Shown in pieces: positions 9,809-19,336 of a stretch of DNA of 64,000 bases. Under the pieces are notes generated by a model, which ran no database searches, was not told the origin of the DNA, and saw only the letters and a list, made by a program, of their open reading frames with translations. The stretch spans positions 822-64,821 of the forward strand of contig JBHHYO010000006.1 of NCBI GenBank assembly GCA_046757665.1, written 5' to 3'. Position numbers and translations under genes: made by a program. The stretch's first letter is position 1, and each line of letters opens with the position of its first letter. Source of the DNA: Nitrospinales bacterium. Its GTDB lineage: Bacteria > Nitrospinota > Nitrospinia > Nitrospinales > JAJDAT01.

Positions 9809-10597
9809 TCAGGGTTTCTCCGGCATCCACGCGGACATGGCGCACCTCTGGGCGAGGAGCGGCGTGAAGCTGTCGATATCCTCGGAAATGACCGTCATGA
9901 ATTCCTCGGCCAGCGCCCGGTCGGCAAAACATTCGTAAATATCGTCAAGAAACCCGCCGCGTAGCAGGGGATGATGGAGGAACTCCCGGCCCGGTCCCGT
10001 GGCAATTTCCAGAGGCCATTCGACGACGTTTACTTTTTCCATTCCCAGCTCCTCCAGCCACTGCCGCGCCTGGTCCGCCGACGGACGCTCCTCGATATAT
10101 TCGTCGAGGGCTTGCCGTTCTTTTTGCAATTGGCGCTTGGTCATCTCTTCCTTCACCCGCGTCCACAGCGAGTCGAAAGTTCCCAGCGACGGAAACGTCA
10201 AAACGATCTGCCCGCCGGGCTTGAGACGCGCCGTCAGGGAGCGGAGCGCTTCGCGTCGGTTGGGGCGAAAAAACATGAAGGCAAGATTGCCGGTGATGCG
10301 GTCAAAACGCGGCAACGTCGGCGGCAACCGCCGCATGTCGCCAATCTCAAAGCTCAGCCAGGGGAGATGCGCCCCCTGGACGGCCCGGGCGCGCAGGATA
10401 TCGCGTCGATCAATGTCGATAGCCAGCACCCGGCCCTCGGACCCCACCTGCTCGGCAAGGTAAAAAGCCGGAAGCCCCGACCCGGTGGCTACGTCAAGCA
10501 CCGTCGCTCCGGGGAACAAGTCCAGCGAATGCAGTAACACTTTAGCGAACGGAGTTGACCAGTAATCGTTTGCAGGCAAGGGCCAAGAGGGACTCAT
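9809..10597 (-). CDS. Class I SAM-dependent methyltransferase
   Basis: VLDVATGSG motif I, LKPGG. Confidence 0.85.
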   Translation of the reverse strand: MSPSWPLPANDYWSTPFAKVLLHSLDLFPGATVLDVATGSGLPAFYLAEQVGSEGRVLAIDIDRRDILRARAVQGAHLPWLSFEIGDMRRLPPTLPRFDRITGNLAFMFFRPNRREALRSLTARLKPGGQIVLTFPSLGTFDSLWTRVKEEMTKRQLQKERQALDEYIEERPSADQARQWLEELGMEKVNVVEWPLEIATGPGREFLHHPLLRGGFLDDIYECFADRALAEEFMTVISEDIDSFTPLLAQRCAMSAWMPEKP

Positions 10598-10669
10598 GAG
10601 GTGTCCTTTTTTCTCAACGGGAGATAACCCCTCATTTTAATCCTTCCGGGAATTATTTCAATGATTGAC

Positions 10670-11126
10670 CACACCTACCCCCGCAAGGCCATTTACCGGT
10701 TAGACTTCAAAGCGTTCCGCCTCCGGGACCCTGCACGCCGCGCATTATATAGGGGGATAAGAGCATTTGGAGGCAGGAACAAAGAGCCGGAGACCGGAGG
10801 CTGGAGACGGGGACCGGAAAGGCCGGGGAAACCTTTGTGCCTTCACGGTGATTTCAACATGGTAAATTTTAATCTTCAAAACGCAACCCTCGGCATAGTA
10901 AAATACTTATTTACAACTCGTTTTAAATCATATAGATACAAGTCAAAAGATGATCCGGGTTTTGGGGGCTTTTTCCGCGAAATTCGTTGATTTTTTACCT
11001 GACGGAAAACCGGGGCAACAGGTCGCGGTGCAAGGGGTTGTGGGGTTTGTGGGCTGACGTTTCGACTATTTCGTTCCTCGTTTTTCAAAAAAAATTTTTT
11101 CGTGAAAACCGGCTCCAGTCAGGCGC
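10670..11126. repeat. Bipartite ~460-bp non-coding element, copy 1 (nearly empty)
   Basis: Left arm about 10670-10830 and right arm 10846-11126 align with 56994-57120 and 57893-58171. Confidence 0.85.
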
Positions 11127-11172
11127 AACCGGCAACACAGGCGTTCACAAGAGGGCCACGGTGGCGGGCCGG

Positions 11173-12297
11173 TCAGGGGGAGCCGTCCGTCTCATGGGGG
11201 ATGGTGAAGTGGAAGGTCGTGCCCTTGCCGACTTCCGATTCAAACCAGAATTTCCCCTGATGATGTCCCTCGATGATGTTGCGGCAGGATAACAGCCCCA
11301 GCCCGTTGCCGTCTTTTTTAGTGGTCAGGGATTCCTTCATCAGCAGGTGCCGGATTTCCTCGGGAATTCCGCAACCGTGATCGACCACGCTGACGCGGAT
11401 GTGCCGGTCTTCGTCTTTAACCAACACCTCGATGCGGCCGCCGTCTTTGGTGACGTAGCCGGCATTGATGATCGTGTTTTGCAGGACCCGCTTGATGTCC
11501 AGATAATTGAAATAACCCTTGGGGATTTCGTTCAGCGGTTTCATCTCCACGTGCTTGCCCTTGAGGTATTTATGGCAGGAAATCTGCTCGATGGTTTCGG
11601 CGATCAACTCCAGGATGTCGGCGCTTTTTTTGTGATACTCGATCTTTATTTTACGGGCGTGGCTCAAACTGTGATTGACCATGGTGGTCAGGTTTTTTCT
11701 GACGATGGTCGTGATTTCAAAACTTTTTTCCAGGTCCGGGAGGCCCTCGTGTTTCTGCTGGCCCTGCTGGGCTCCCAAAAAAGATTCGATCAAATCCTCG
11801 ATGTACATTTCGACGAGGCCCAGCGGCGTCAGGCAGTTTTTTATGTCGTGGGTGAAGATGTTAACTTTTTGCAAGTCGTCCGCCATGACGTCGAGGTCGT
11901 TTCTGATTCTGCTGGACAAGGTTTTGACCATGGAAATGAGCGCCCTGGGTTCGTTGGCCAGGTAATCGTTGAATTCCGTTTCCCGGATTTCCATAAGCAG
12001 GGTGTCGTTCACCGCCTTGGCGGAGGCGGAGCGTGGTTTCGATTCCAGCAGAGACATTTCCCCCAAATATTGTCCGGGGCCCAGCGTTGCGATTTGCTTG
12101 ACACCCTTGGAAACGATGATTTCTCCAGAAAGGATCAGGTACATGGATGTTTCCAGCGTTCCTTCTTCAAACAGCGTTTCCCCCGGTTCCAGGGCGATCT
12201 CATTGCAGTGTTCGCACAACCGCATCAAGGTCTGCTCGCTTAAAACCTGCAACAGGTCAACCGACTGTAAAACTTTAATTTTTTGATCACGGTCCAT
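11173..12297 (-). CDS. cNMP-binding-domain sensor histidine kinase (cytoplasmic)
   Basis: GEMSLL..PRSASA cNMP fold, HDIKN H-box, D.GCGI and GNGLGL boxes; start at MDRDQK. Confidence 0.88.
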   Translation of the reverse strand: MDRDQKIKVLQSVDLLQVLSEQTLMRLCEHCNEIALEPGETLFEEGTLETSMYLILSGEIIVSKGVKQIATLGPGQYLGEMSLLESKPRSASAKAVNDTLLMEIRETEFNDYLANEPRALISMVKTLSSRIRNDLDVMADDLQKVNIFTHDIKNCLTPLGLVEMYIEDLIESFLGAQQGQQKHEGLPDLEKSFEITTIVRKNLTTMVNHSLSHARKIKIEYHKKSADILELIAETIEQISCHKYLKGKHVEMKPLNEIPKGYFNYLDIKRVLQNTIINAGYVTKDGGRIEVLVKDEDRHIRVSVVDHGCGIPEEIRHLLMKESLTTKKDGNGLGLLSCRNIIEGHHQGKFWFESEVGKGTTFHFTIPHETDGSP

Positions 12298-12386
12298 GGG
12301 TTGTCCCGGTTCGACCTCGCAAGGTCCGCCGGAGCGGCGGAGGGTCAAGGATAGGAAATCCTAACATGTAATCAATTGATTTTCAA

Positions 12387-13787
12387 TTAAGTTTCCGTGT
12401 TTTTGGCAGGATTCGGTTTCAACAAAACCGCGGTTTCGATGTGCTGGGTTTGCGGAAACATATCCACCAATCGCAGGTCGGCCAGTGCATATCCATTGCC
12501 GCAAAGCGCGCTCAAGTCCCTGGCCAGCGTTGCTGGATTACATGAGATGTAAATAATTATTTTTGGGTTCAGGCCGCCGGGGATAGCCCGGATCACCATT
12601 TCCGAGCAACCCTTGCGCGGCGGGTCCAAAATCAGGGTGTCGACGCCCCCGCGTTCGGCCAGGTTCCGGATGTGGTTTTCAATGGAGCCCTGCAGGAACC
12701 GGCAGGATTTGATTCCGTTCAGGCGGGCGCTTCGGACGGCGTCCTGGACGGCTTGCGCGGACTCCTCGACTCCGGTTACGGAGTGGTGTCCGGCAAGCCA
12801 GAGACCGATGCCGCCGATGCCGCAGTAGGCATCAATCACTCGTCCCGGCTCCGGCCCGGCCCATTGCTTGACGAGGTCATACAGCGCGACAGTCTGCCGG
12901 GGATTGACTTGGAAAAAGGAAGGCAGGGAAAGATGAAATTTGATGTCCCCAAGTTTTTCAATGAGGTGATCCTGCCCCCACAAAACCCGGTTGCGGTTGC
13001 CCAGGATGATGTTGGTTTTTCCGGTATTGATATTTTGCACGATTCCGTGAAGGGGAATTTCGGCGGCGCGTGTTTTTTCCGCCAACGCTTCGATGAAATC
13101 CGGTTTAAACCGTCCGCTCGTGGTGACCAGGCCGACGAGGGTTTGGCGGGTCGCCCGCGAATGGCGGACGATCAGGCCTCGGAAAAACCCCTTGTGGCGG
13201 GTTTCGTCGAAAATGGATATCCGATGGTCGGTCAGTAGCGCCCGGATAATCTCCTTCACCCTGTTGATGGGTTCGGCGAGCGTTTCGCACTGGCTGGAAT
13301 CCTCCACGTCGTGCGTGCCCTGGCGGAAAAAGCCGATCTGCAACCGGCCCGATCTTTTTTGCACGGCAAAACTCGCCTTGTTTCGGTAATGGTACGGCTC
13401 GACAGCGGGGATGGCCTGGATGGGTTCGGGCCATTGCAATTTGCCGATGCGTAGCAGGTCGTCGGCCACCACTTGTTGCTTGAAGGCGATTTGTTTTTCA
13501 TAGGGCAGGTTTTGAAGTTTACAGCCGCCGCATTGGGGAAAAACGGGGCAGGGCGGATCGACCCGGTCGGCGGACCGGCTCGTCGTTTCGACTATCCGTA
13601 TGACGCCGAAACGTGGCGTCGTCTTGATCACTTCGCCGACCACGCAGTCCCCCGACACGGCCGTGGGGAGGAACAGGGTATAGCCTTGGTAACGGCTGAT
13701 GCCGTCGCCGCTGGAGGCCAGGGTTTCGACGGTCAGTTCAAGCCGTTCGCCGCGGCGCACCGGTATGTCGAGTTTTTGTTTGGCCAT
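12387..13787 (-). CDS. rlmD: 23S rRNA (uracil-5)-methyltransferase RlmD
   Basis: TRAM domain, CGGC Fe-S motif, SFFQVN, LDPPRKG, YISCNP, DMFPQTQHIE. Confidence 0.93.
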   Translation of the reverse strand: MAKQKLDIPVRRGERLELTVETLASSGDGISRYQGYTLFLPTAVSGDCVVGEVIKTTPRFGVIRIVETTSRSADRVDPPCPVFPQCGGCKLQNLPYEKQIAFKQQVVADDLLRIGKLQWPEPIQAIPAVEPYHYRNKASFAVQKRSGRLQIGFFRQGTHDVEDSSQCETLAEPINRVKEIIRALLTDHRISIFDETRHKGFFRGLIVRHSRATRQTLVGLVTTSGRFKPDFIEALAEKTRAAEIPLHGIVQNINTGKTNIILGNRNRVLWGQDHLIEKLGDIKFHLSLPSFFQVNPRQTVALYDLVKQWAGPEPGRVIDAYCGIGGIGLWLAGHHSVTGVEESAQAVQDAVRSARLNGIKSCRFLQGSIENHIRNLAERGGVDTLILDPPRKGCSEMVIRAIPGGLNPKIIIYISCNPATLARDLSALCGNGYALADLRLVDMFPQTQHIETAVLLKPNPAKNTET

Positions 13788-13849
13788 GAGTGTATGCTCT
13801 TCCGGAAAATTATCCCCAACTTCAAACCGGTTGTGGAGTACAATCCGTG

Positions 13850-14599
13850 ATGATGAGTAAAATGCTTTGCATCGTTGCCGCGTTAAAAGAGGAAGCTGTC
13901 GGGATCAAGGGTCTGATGACGATCGACGACTCCCCGCCGTTGAGTCCGGGCCGCGCTTTTACCGGCTCTTGCCGGGGGCGGGCCGTGCTCCTGTTGTTGT
14001 CGGGAATGGGCAAACAACGGGCTGGCGAGGCCCTTACCCTGGCCTGCGAGCGGTTTCCCTTGTCCGCGGTGGTTTCCATCGGCTACGCCGGCGGCCTCTG
14101 CCCGACACTGCAAGAGGCGGACCTGGTCTTCGCCGACAAGGTCTTTGAATCCGCCGCCGCGCCGGAAAATCAGCAGTCTCTGCAAACCTCGGAGACCTTG
14201 CTGGAACGGGCGGTGACGCTGTGCCCGGATATCCCGTCGCACCGGGGCGGATTGCTGACCGTGGACGAGGCGGTTTGCAAACCGGAGGAAAAACGGGACC
14301 TGGGGAACCGTTATCCCGTCCTGGCCGTTGACATGGAAACGGCGGGGTTGCTGACCGTGGCCCTGAAACACGGCCTGCCGTTTCTATCCGTCCGTGCCAT
14401 CACCGATACCGTGGACCAGGAACTGGTCGACTTTTCATCCTGCGTCGAGGAATCCGGAGAGATTTCCAGACTCAAGGCCGGCTGGCATATTTTGACTCAT
14501 CCCGGAACCCTGCCCAGGGTTCGCGAGCTTCGCGGTCATTGCCGGAAAGCCACGCAACACCTTACACGTTTCGTGAGCGAGTTTCTGCCTTTTGCCTGA
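13850..14599 (+). CDS. Nucleoside phosphorylase / MTA-SAH nucleosidase family (HpnG-like)
   Basis: SGMG, SIGYAGGL, AVDMET, SVRAITD. Confidence 0.8.
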   Translation: MMSKMLCIVAALKEEAVGIKGLMTIDDSPPLSPGRAFTGSCRGRAVLLLLSGMGKQRAGEALTLACERFPLSAVVSIGYAGGLCPTLQEADLVFADKVFESAAAPENQQSLQTSETLLERAVTLCPDIPSHRGGLLTVDEAVCKPEEKRDLGNRYPVLAVDMETAGLLTVALKHGLPFLSVRAITDTVDQELVDFSSCVEESGEISRLKAGWHILTHPGTLPRVRELRGHCRKATQHLTRFVSEFLPFA

Positions 14600-14788
14600 A
14601 AGCGGCACAATTTTAACACCGTTAGGACAATTGTGCTCATTGCCGGCGGCTTGCCAATTCCGGGCTGTCTCGGCGCGTTATTTACAAGCGGTTGTATATC
14701 CGGCACTATTGCTGAATGTTTGGATGTTTTCCGATTTTGGCGTCAGGGTTGCAGTAACCTCATGTGAAGATTTGCACTGACACGCCCC

Positions 14789-15763
14789 TTACTTTTGGAA
14801 GGGGTTTAAAGAAAAGACTTCATGGATGGCACTCCCCCCCCCACCCGGATTGGGGCCTCCTGTCAGGACATGGATTTGATCCATGACAACAGTTGATCCC
14901 AATCCGTGGTGCCCCCCTTTCATGGGCGCCATCGGCGTCCAGGCATCCGCAACCGGGTCGTAAGCCTCGTTTTCCCTGAAAGTGCCGGCGCTGGATTCGC
15001 CGCCGAGGACGAAGACTTTCCCCCGCAACACTTGCGAAGTGATCCCGCTACGCGCCGTGGGCATGGGTTTGCGCCGCGTCCAACGGTCGATTGCCGGGTC
15101 GTAAGCTTCGTTGGCGCTCAGGTTTTTATTGTAATCGACGTTGATCCGGCCGCCGATGGCGTAAAGGATTCCGTGAAAGGTGGAGACCGTCAAGTGGTCG
15201 CGCGCGGTGGGGATCGGGCTCAACGTTCGCCATTGGTCCGTGGCGGGATCGTAAACCTCGTTGGCGTCGGTGTTCACCAGGCGGAGGAATTTTCGATGCG
15301 CGCCGCCGACGAGGTAGATTTTCCCGTCGATCACTCCGGCGGCCATGGCGCCCCGGGCCGTGGGCATGGGCCGTTTTTTTTGCCACCGGTCCGTTGCCGG
15401 ATCGTATTCATAGGTGGTTGCCACCGCCGTCCAGAGTCCGGAGTCGAACCCGCCGATCACATAGATTTTGCCGTTGACGGCGGACGCGCTGGTGTGATGC
15501 AACGGCCGCGGCAGGGGCGCCGCCTCGCTCCAGATTCCCGTGGCCAGGTTCAGCCGGTCAACCCGGGTGGCGATGCCCTTGGGGGTGAATCCGCCGATGA
15601 CGTATATCGTTCCATCGACCGCCGCCGCCACCGCCTCCGTCCGCACCGTCGGCGCGGGAGGCAGGGTTTTCCAGAACCCCAATGACTGACCCGTTGCAAT
15701 GGCCGGGAAGACTAGAAGTGCCAGAAATACAAATGTAGCATGGAAAAAATATTTAGATTCCAT
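14789..15763 (-). CDS. Secreted Kelch-repeat beta-propeller protein
   Basis: Signal peptide plus six IYVIGG...YDP..D.W...PMPTAR repeats. Confidence 0.9.
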   Translation of the reverse strand: MESKYFFHATFVFLALLVFPAIATGQSLGFWKTLPPAPTVRTEAVAAAVDGTIYVIGGFTPKGIATRVDRLNLATGIWSEAAPLPRPLHHTSASAVNGKIYVIGGFDSGLWTAVATTYEYDPATDRWQKKRPMPTARGAMAAGVIDGKIYLVGGAHRKFLRLVNTDANEVYDPATDQWRTLSPIPTARDHLTVSTFHGILYAIGGRINVDYNKNLSANEAYDPAIDRWTRRKPMPTARSGITSQVLRGKVFVLGGESSAGTFRENEAYDPVADAWTPMAPMKGGHHGLGSTVVMDQIHVLTGGPNPGGGGSAIHEVFSLNPFQK

Positions 15764-15800
15764 AGTACTGGAAGGTGGTGAAAAAGGCTCGATAAAGGTA

Positions 15801-16424
15801 TTAAAGATTTGTTGTGGAGATTTCGCCGGTTTGCGGATTCACTGAAAATGCTATTCGGCCAAGGACCCTGCCGTTGTTTAATGCCCTACGCTGAAATACG
15901 GGGACCGTTGTTCCATCAGGTCGACGGGCAGATGGAGCAAAAAAACCGTCCAGCTTTTCCGCGATAGCTTTTCGTCCCAGCTTTTGGCAAAACTCATAAT
16001 CGTTGCTAACAAGTTTGGACCACTGCGATAACTTGGGGCGAAGGTCTTTGGTATTTCCCCTATAGTGGCATGAGAGGCGGTCAAAATAGACGGTTCTAGG
16101 TTGAGACGGTTTGCCCAGTGCGGGCTTGAGGTAATGATGGACAATTTCCGCTTCGGTTGTGGCTTGTTCTAAAGCGGCGTAAAACACCGACCAGCTTCCG
16201 TCGGAAAAACGGGATTGCGGAAAGCTTGCTTTGTCAATTTGAGGTTTAATTTGAAAGGGCGCATCAAGTAAATCGTTTGCTGAATATGGTGTTAAATAGT
16301 CGGAGAAGGTTTCCACATTACTGGGATCCAATCCCCAAGCTCGAAGCGCTTCGCTATCCTTAATAAGATTGGCAAATCTGAATATTTTGTGGTCCGCGGG
16401 AAAGGTGGGAATATCGTCCAGCAA
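15801..16424 (-). CDS. RES-domain toxin
   Basis: SRFSDGSWSVFY, E in TTEAE, Y..CQ.LG, PSAR; TTG start 3 bp after partner stop. Confidence 0.8.
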   Translation of the reverse strand: MLDDIPTFPADHKIFRFANLIKDSEALRAWGLDPSNVETFSDYLTPYSANDLLDAPFQIKPQIDKASFPQSRFSDGSWSVFYAALEQATTEAEIVHHYLKPALGKPSQPRTVYFDRLSCHYRGNTKDLRPKLSQWSKLVSNDYEFCQKLGRKAIAEKLDGFFAPSARRPDGTTVPVFQRRALNNGRVLGRIAFSVNPQTGEISTTNL

Positions 16425-16427
16425 CTT

Positions 16428-17045
16428 TTAACGTCCAGAGATTCGTTCTACAAATTGTTTTACAAGCAGAAGGTTTTCCATCGAACCCTCCTTTAAGATA
16501 TCTAAAGGACTTTTCCCATCGAGGTATTCATCATTGGGTTCCCTCAGCCAATCTTTTTCAACCTGGGTGTCTTCAAACAATCTGTGCAGGGCACTATGTA
16601 TTTTAAACAGATACCGGACACGATCCTTAGCGTCTCGGGTTTGAAGTTTTTTCAAACCCAAAAGGAAATCGCTGGTGTCTTTTTCATCTTCGTATCCAAG
16701 CAACAAGGTGCCTTCTTTTTTGGTCAGCGCCCATTTGTCAAGCAATGCTCCAAAAACTTGAACACAACCCGCAAAACGGTCAAGGTCCTTGGCTTTTTGG
16801 CCCTCGCTTTGTCTGAAAGAAGATGAAAAAAAACTTTCATCTGGTGGCGGTGTCACCTCTTTGGGAAAAGGGATCGATAAATTTGATGTGTGCGTAGCGA
16901 ACAAAGGGCGGCGTTCATGCCAGAACAGGGAAAAAGGGATCAATGAGTTGGGCGCGTATGTAGCTTGATTTGGAATCCCAGGTTGCTCGATGGGCTTATC
17001 AGAAACTTCACGGAGGCCAGGCTTTTCGGTTATAGTTACAGGCAT
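16428..17045 (-). CDS. Xre/MbcA/ParS-type antitoxin with long N-terminal extension
   Basis: DRV.YL..IHSALHRLF...WLREPN...LDGKSPLD..G....L..V C-terminal domain, directly upstream of RES gene. Confidence 0.78.
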   Translation of the reverse strand: MPVTITEKPGLREVSDKPIEQPGIPNQATYAPNSLIPFSLFWHERRPLFATHTSNLSIPFPKEVTPPPDESFFSSSFRQSEGQKAKDLDRFAGCVQVFGALLDKWALTKKEGTLLLGYEDEKDTSDFLLGLKKLQTRDAKDRVRYLFKIHSALHRLFEDTQVEKDWLREPNDEYLDGKSPLDILKEGSMENLLLVKQFVERISGR

Positions 17046-17053
17046 GTCAGACC

Positions 17054-17758
17054 TTATTTGTCAGGTTGTTGGGCCGGTTCCAACCCGAAATGGGAAAGGA
17101 GTTTGGGATACATATCTGCAATATGACTTGCTCGTTTATCAAGGTTGTCATATTTGCTATCTCTCAAGTAGGTGCCGTTTAAAACAAAAAATAAATCATA
17201 AGTATTGATTGCGGACTTTTCCAGTAAAAAGTCAACGTCCCATTTTTCATTTTGATTATTTATAATAGCACGAAGGCTATGTTTAAAACCAGTGGCATTA
17301 AATTTGTCGATGGTTATTCCAAGACCTGATGAACCTTTTTGGAGAATTGTTTCAACGGCAGTTTCACCTTCCTCGATATTTAACCAAGAGGATGTTTTGA
17401 CAACTGTTTTCCCGAATTCGGTTTCCGGGAAAGCTTGCGCAAGAACTTGCTCACAAAGACGAATACATTGTTCTATGATTTCGATGTCCTCCTTGGTTTT
17501 AAGGTTTGTGAAACTCCCGGTAAATTTTTCAGGAAGTACTTGCAAAATTCCGTTACCGCTAAAAAGGGTAACCTGAATAAAGTTGCTGGCAACAGTACTC
17601 GGAATCCACTGCAAATCAGATAATTTGAGCGGGTAGTAAGGGTTAATAATATTGTAAAAGCATTCAAGTGTCTGGTTGGCGAAATCCGCTAACCTGATTT
17701 TTGGTCTGTCGAATTCCAATTCATAGCCAACACTAAGCAATTCTGTAGAAAACCGCAT
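17054..17758 (-). CDS. Hypothetical protein, first gene of an AT-rich three-gene operon
   Basis: 234-aa ORF 8 bp upstream of the antitoxin; no recognisable motif. Confidence 0.65.
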   Translation of the reverse strand: MRFSTELLSVGYELEFDRPKIRLADFANQTLECFYNIINPYYPLKLSDLQWIPSTVASNFIQVTLFSGNGILQVLPEKFTGSFTNLKTKEDIEIIEQCIRLCEQVLAQAFPETEFGKTVVKTSSWLNIEEGETAVETILQKGSSGLGITIDKFNATGFKHSLRAIINNQNEKWDVDFLLEKSAINTYDLFFVLNGTYLRDSKYDNLDKRASHIADMYPKLLSHFGLEPAQQPDK

Positions 17759-17844
17759 GTTTAACCTATTGTTTTAATTCTTGAAACGCCAAGTCTACCG
17801 GGGTGTCTTGGAAAAGTAAAGCTAATTCCAAAATGCTCAGCCGA

Positions 17845-18699
17845 TCATTGGCCGTTTATCGTTTTCAACCGCATGCGGTCGAGTTCCTTGACTTGTTCCA
17901 GCAGGGTCGGCAGTTGGTCCAGCGACAGCATGTTGGGCCCGTCGGAGGGGGCGTTGTCGGGGTCGGGGTGGACTTCCATGAACAGGACGTCGCAACCGAC
18001 GGCCACCGCGCCGCGGGTCAGGGGGAAAACCATTTCCCGCTGGCCGCCGGACCGGTCTCCCTGGCCGCCGGGAAGTTGCACGCTGTGGGTGGCGTCGAAC
18101 ACCACGGGACAGCCGAATTCCCGGAGCGCCACCAGCGAGCGCATGTCCACCACCAGGTTGTTGTAGCCGAACGAGACGCCGCGCTCCGTCAGTAAAATGT
18201 TGCGGTTGCCGGTGGACTCGATTTTCTGGACGACGTTTTTCATGTCCCAGGGAGCCATGAACTGGCCTTTTTTGACATTCACGGCTTTCCCGGTTTGTCC
18301 CGCCTTGACCAGCAGATCGGTTTGACGGCAGAGGAAGGCGGGGATCTGCAAAACATCGAGCGTGTCCGCCGCCGGCTCGACCTCCTCGACGGCGTGCACG
18401 TCGGAAAGTACCGGCAGGCCGAGAGCCGTTTTGATTTTCTCCAGAACCTTCAAGCCCTCGCGCAGGCCGGGGCCGCGAAAATAGTTGAGGGACGACCGGT
18501 TGGCCTTGTCATAGGACGATTTGAAGATAAACGGAATGCCGGCGTCGGCGGCGATGCGTTGCAGTTTTTCCGCCGTTTGCATGGCGTGCTGTTCCGACTC
18601 GATCACGCACGGGCCGGCGATCAGGGCTATCGGATTTCCGCCGCCGACGCGCAGGCCGCCGATCTCAATTTGCCGGGTTGAATGGGAATGGAAATTCAT
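17845..18699 (-). CDS. kdsA: KDO-8-phosphate synthase
   Basis: [42 protein letters not shown]. Confidence 0.96.
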   Translation of the reverse strand: MNFHSHSTRQIEIGGLRVGGGNPIALIAGPCVIESEQHAMQTAEKLQRIAADAGIPFIFKSSYDKANRSSLNYFRGPGLREGLKVLEKIKTALGLPVLSDVHAVEEVEPAADTLDVLQIPAFLCRQTDLLVKAGQTGKAVNVKKGQFMAPWDMKNVVQKIESTGNRNILLTERGVSFGYNNLVVDMRSLVALREFGCPVVFDATHSVQLPGGQGDRSGGQREMVFPLTRGAVAVGCDVLFMEVHPDPDNAPSDGPNMLSLDQLPTLLEQVKELDRMRLKTINGQ

Positions 18700-18720
18700 G
18701 CCGTGCCGGGGGTTACAGGT

Positions 18721-19155
18721 TTATTCGCTTGGCAGGGAGACGTCTATGGTGATCGGCACGGGATGCGGCGTTTCCGGGCGGCGGGGCAGGCCCGCCGGCG
18801 ATATCAGCTCGTACGTGATTTCCCGAATCTTGTCCTGGGTGGCGGCCTTGTAGATCGATGAAAACCCTTCTTCCTGAAGCTGGGGCAGGTCGACCTCGGG
18901 TACGTCCTTCGACAGATACAAAATGAAATTGAGAGATTTGTATCGTCTTTTTATGTTCTGCAAGGTTTTTAAATCCGCGCCTTTTTTTCTGAGAGCGTAG
19001 ATGATCAGATGCGGCGAAACCTGATGCACGACCTTGAAACAATCCGGAAGGGCCGTAAACGTAAGGATGGTGAAACATTCGTGCTTGAGAAATTTTGCCA
19101 GCTGGATTCTTTCGCTTCTAACCGGGTCAATGATGAAGATCGTTCGATGGTCCAT
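18721..19155 (-). CDS. Atypical receiver-like (CheY-fold) protein
   Basis: IFIIDP...PHLIIY pattern resembling a receiver; phospho-Asp not evident. Confidence 0.55.
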   Translation of the reverse strand: MDHRTIFIIDPVRSERIQLAKFLKHECFTILTFTALPDCFKVVHQVSPHLIIYALRKKGADLKTLQNIKRRYKSLNFILYLSKDVPEVDLPQLQEEGFSSIYKAATQDKIREITYELISPAGLPRRPETPHPVPITIDVSLPSE

Positions 19156-19336
19156 GGTGTTCCGCTTTTGAGGTTAAAAGTGCGTTTAGTCTAACATCAA
19201 ACGATGGCGCTTGCCAGCGGTTGATTCCAGTTGGGAGGTCCGTTCATCCTTGCCGTAGCGCGTCCCGCCCTTTTGGTTTGACTTGCCCTGCGGCCTGTGA
19301 AAAACTGATATCAACTCAATCCTCCAAACCCGTCCT

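Noticed and set aside
10661-11292. ORFs 10661-10990, 10876-11088, 10987-11292 and their look-alikes at 57750-57986 and 58009-58257
   Set aside because: The shared peptides (MVNFNLQ, DVSTISFLVFQKK) just reflect the DNA repeat. Substitutions are not third-position biased, and stops and indels differ between copies.
14600-14788. Possible ncRNA or small ORF between convergent nucleosidase and Kelch genes
   Set aside because: No recognisable family, convincing fold or RBS-supported ORF.
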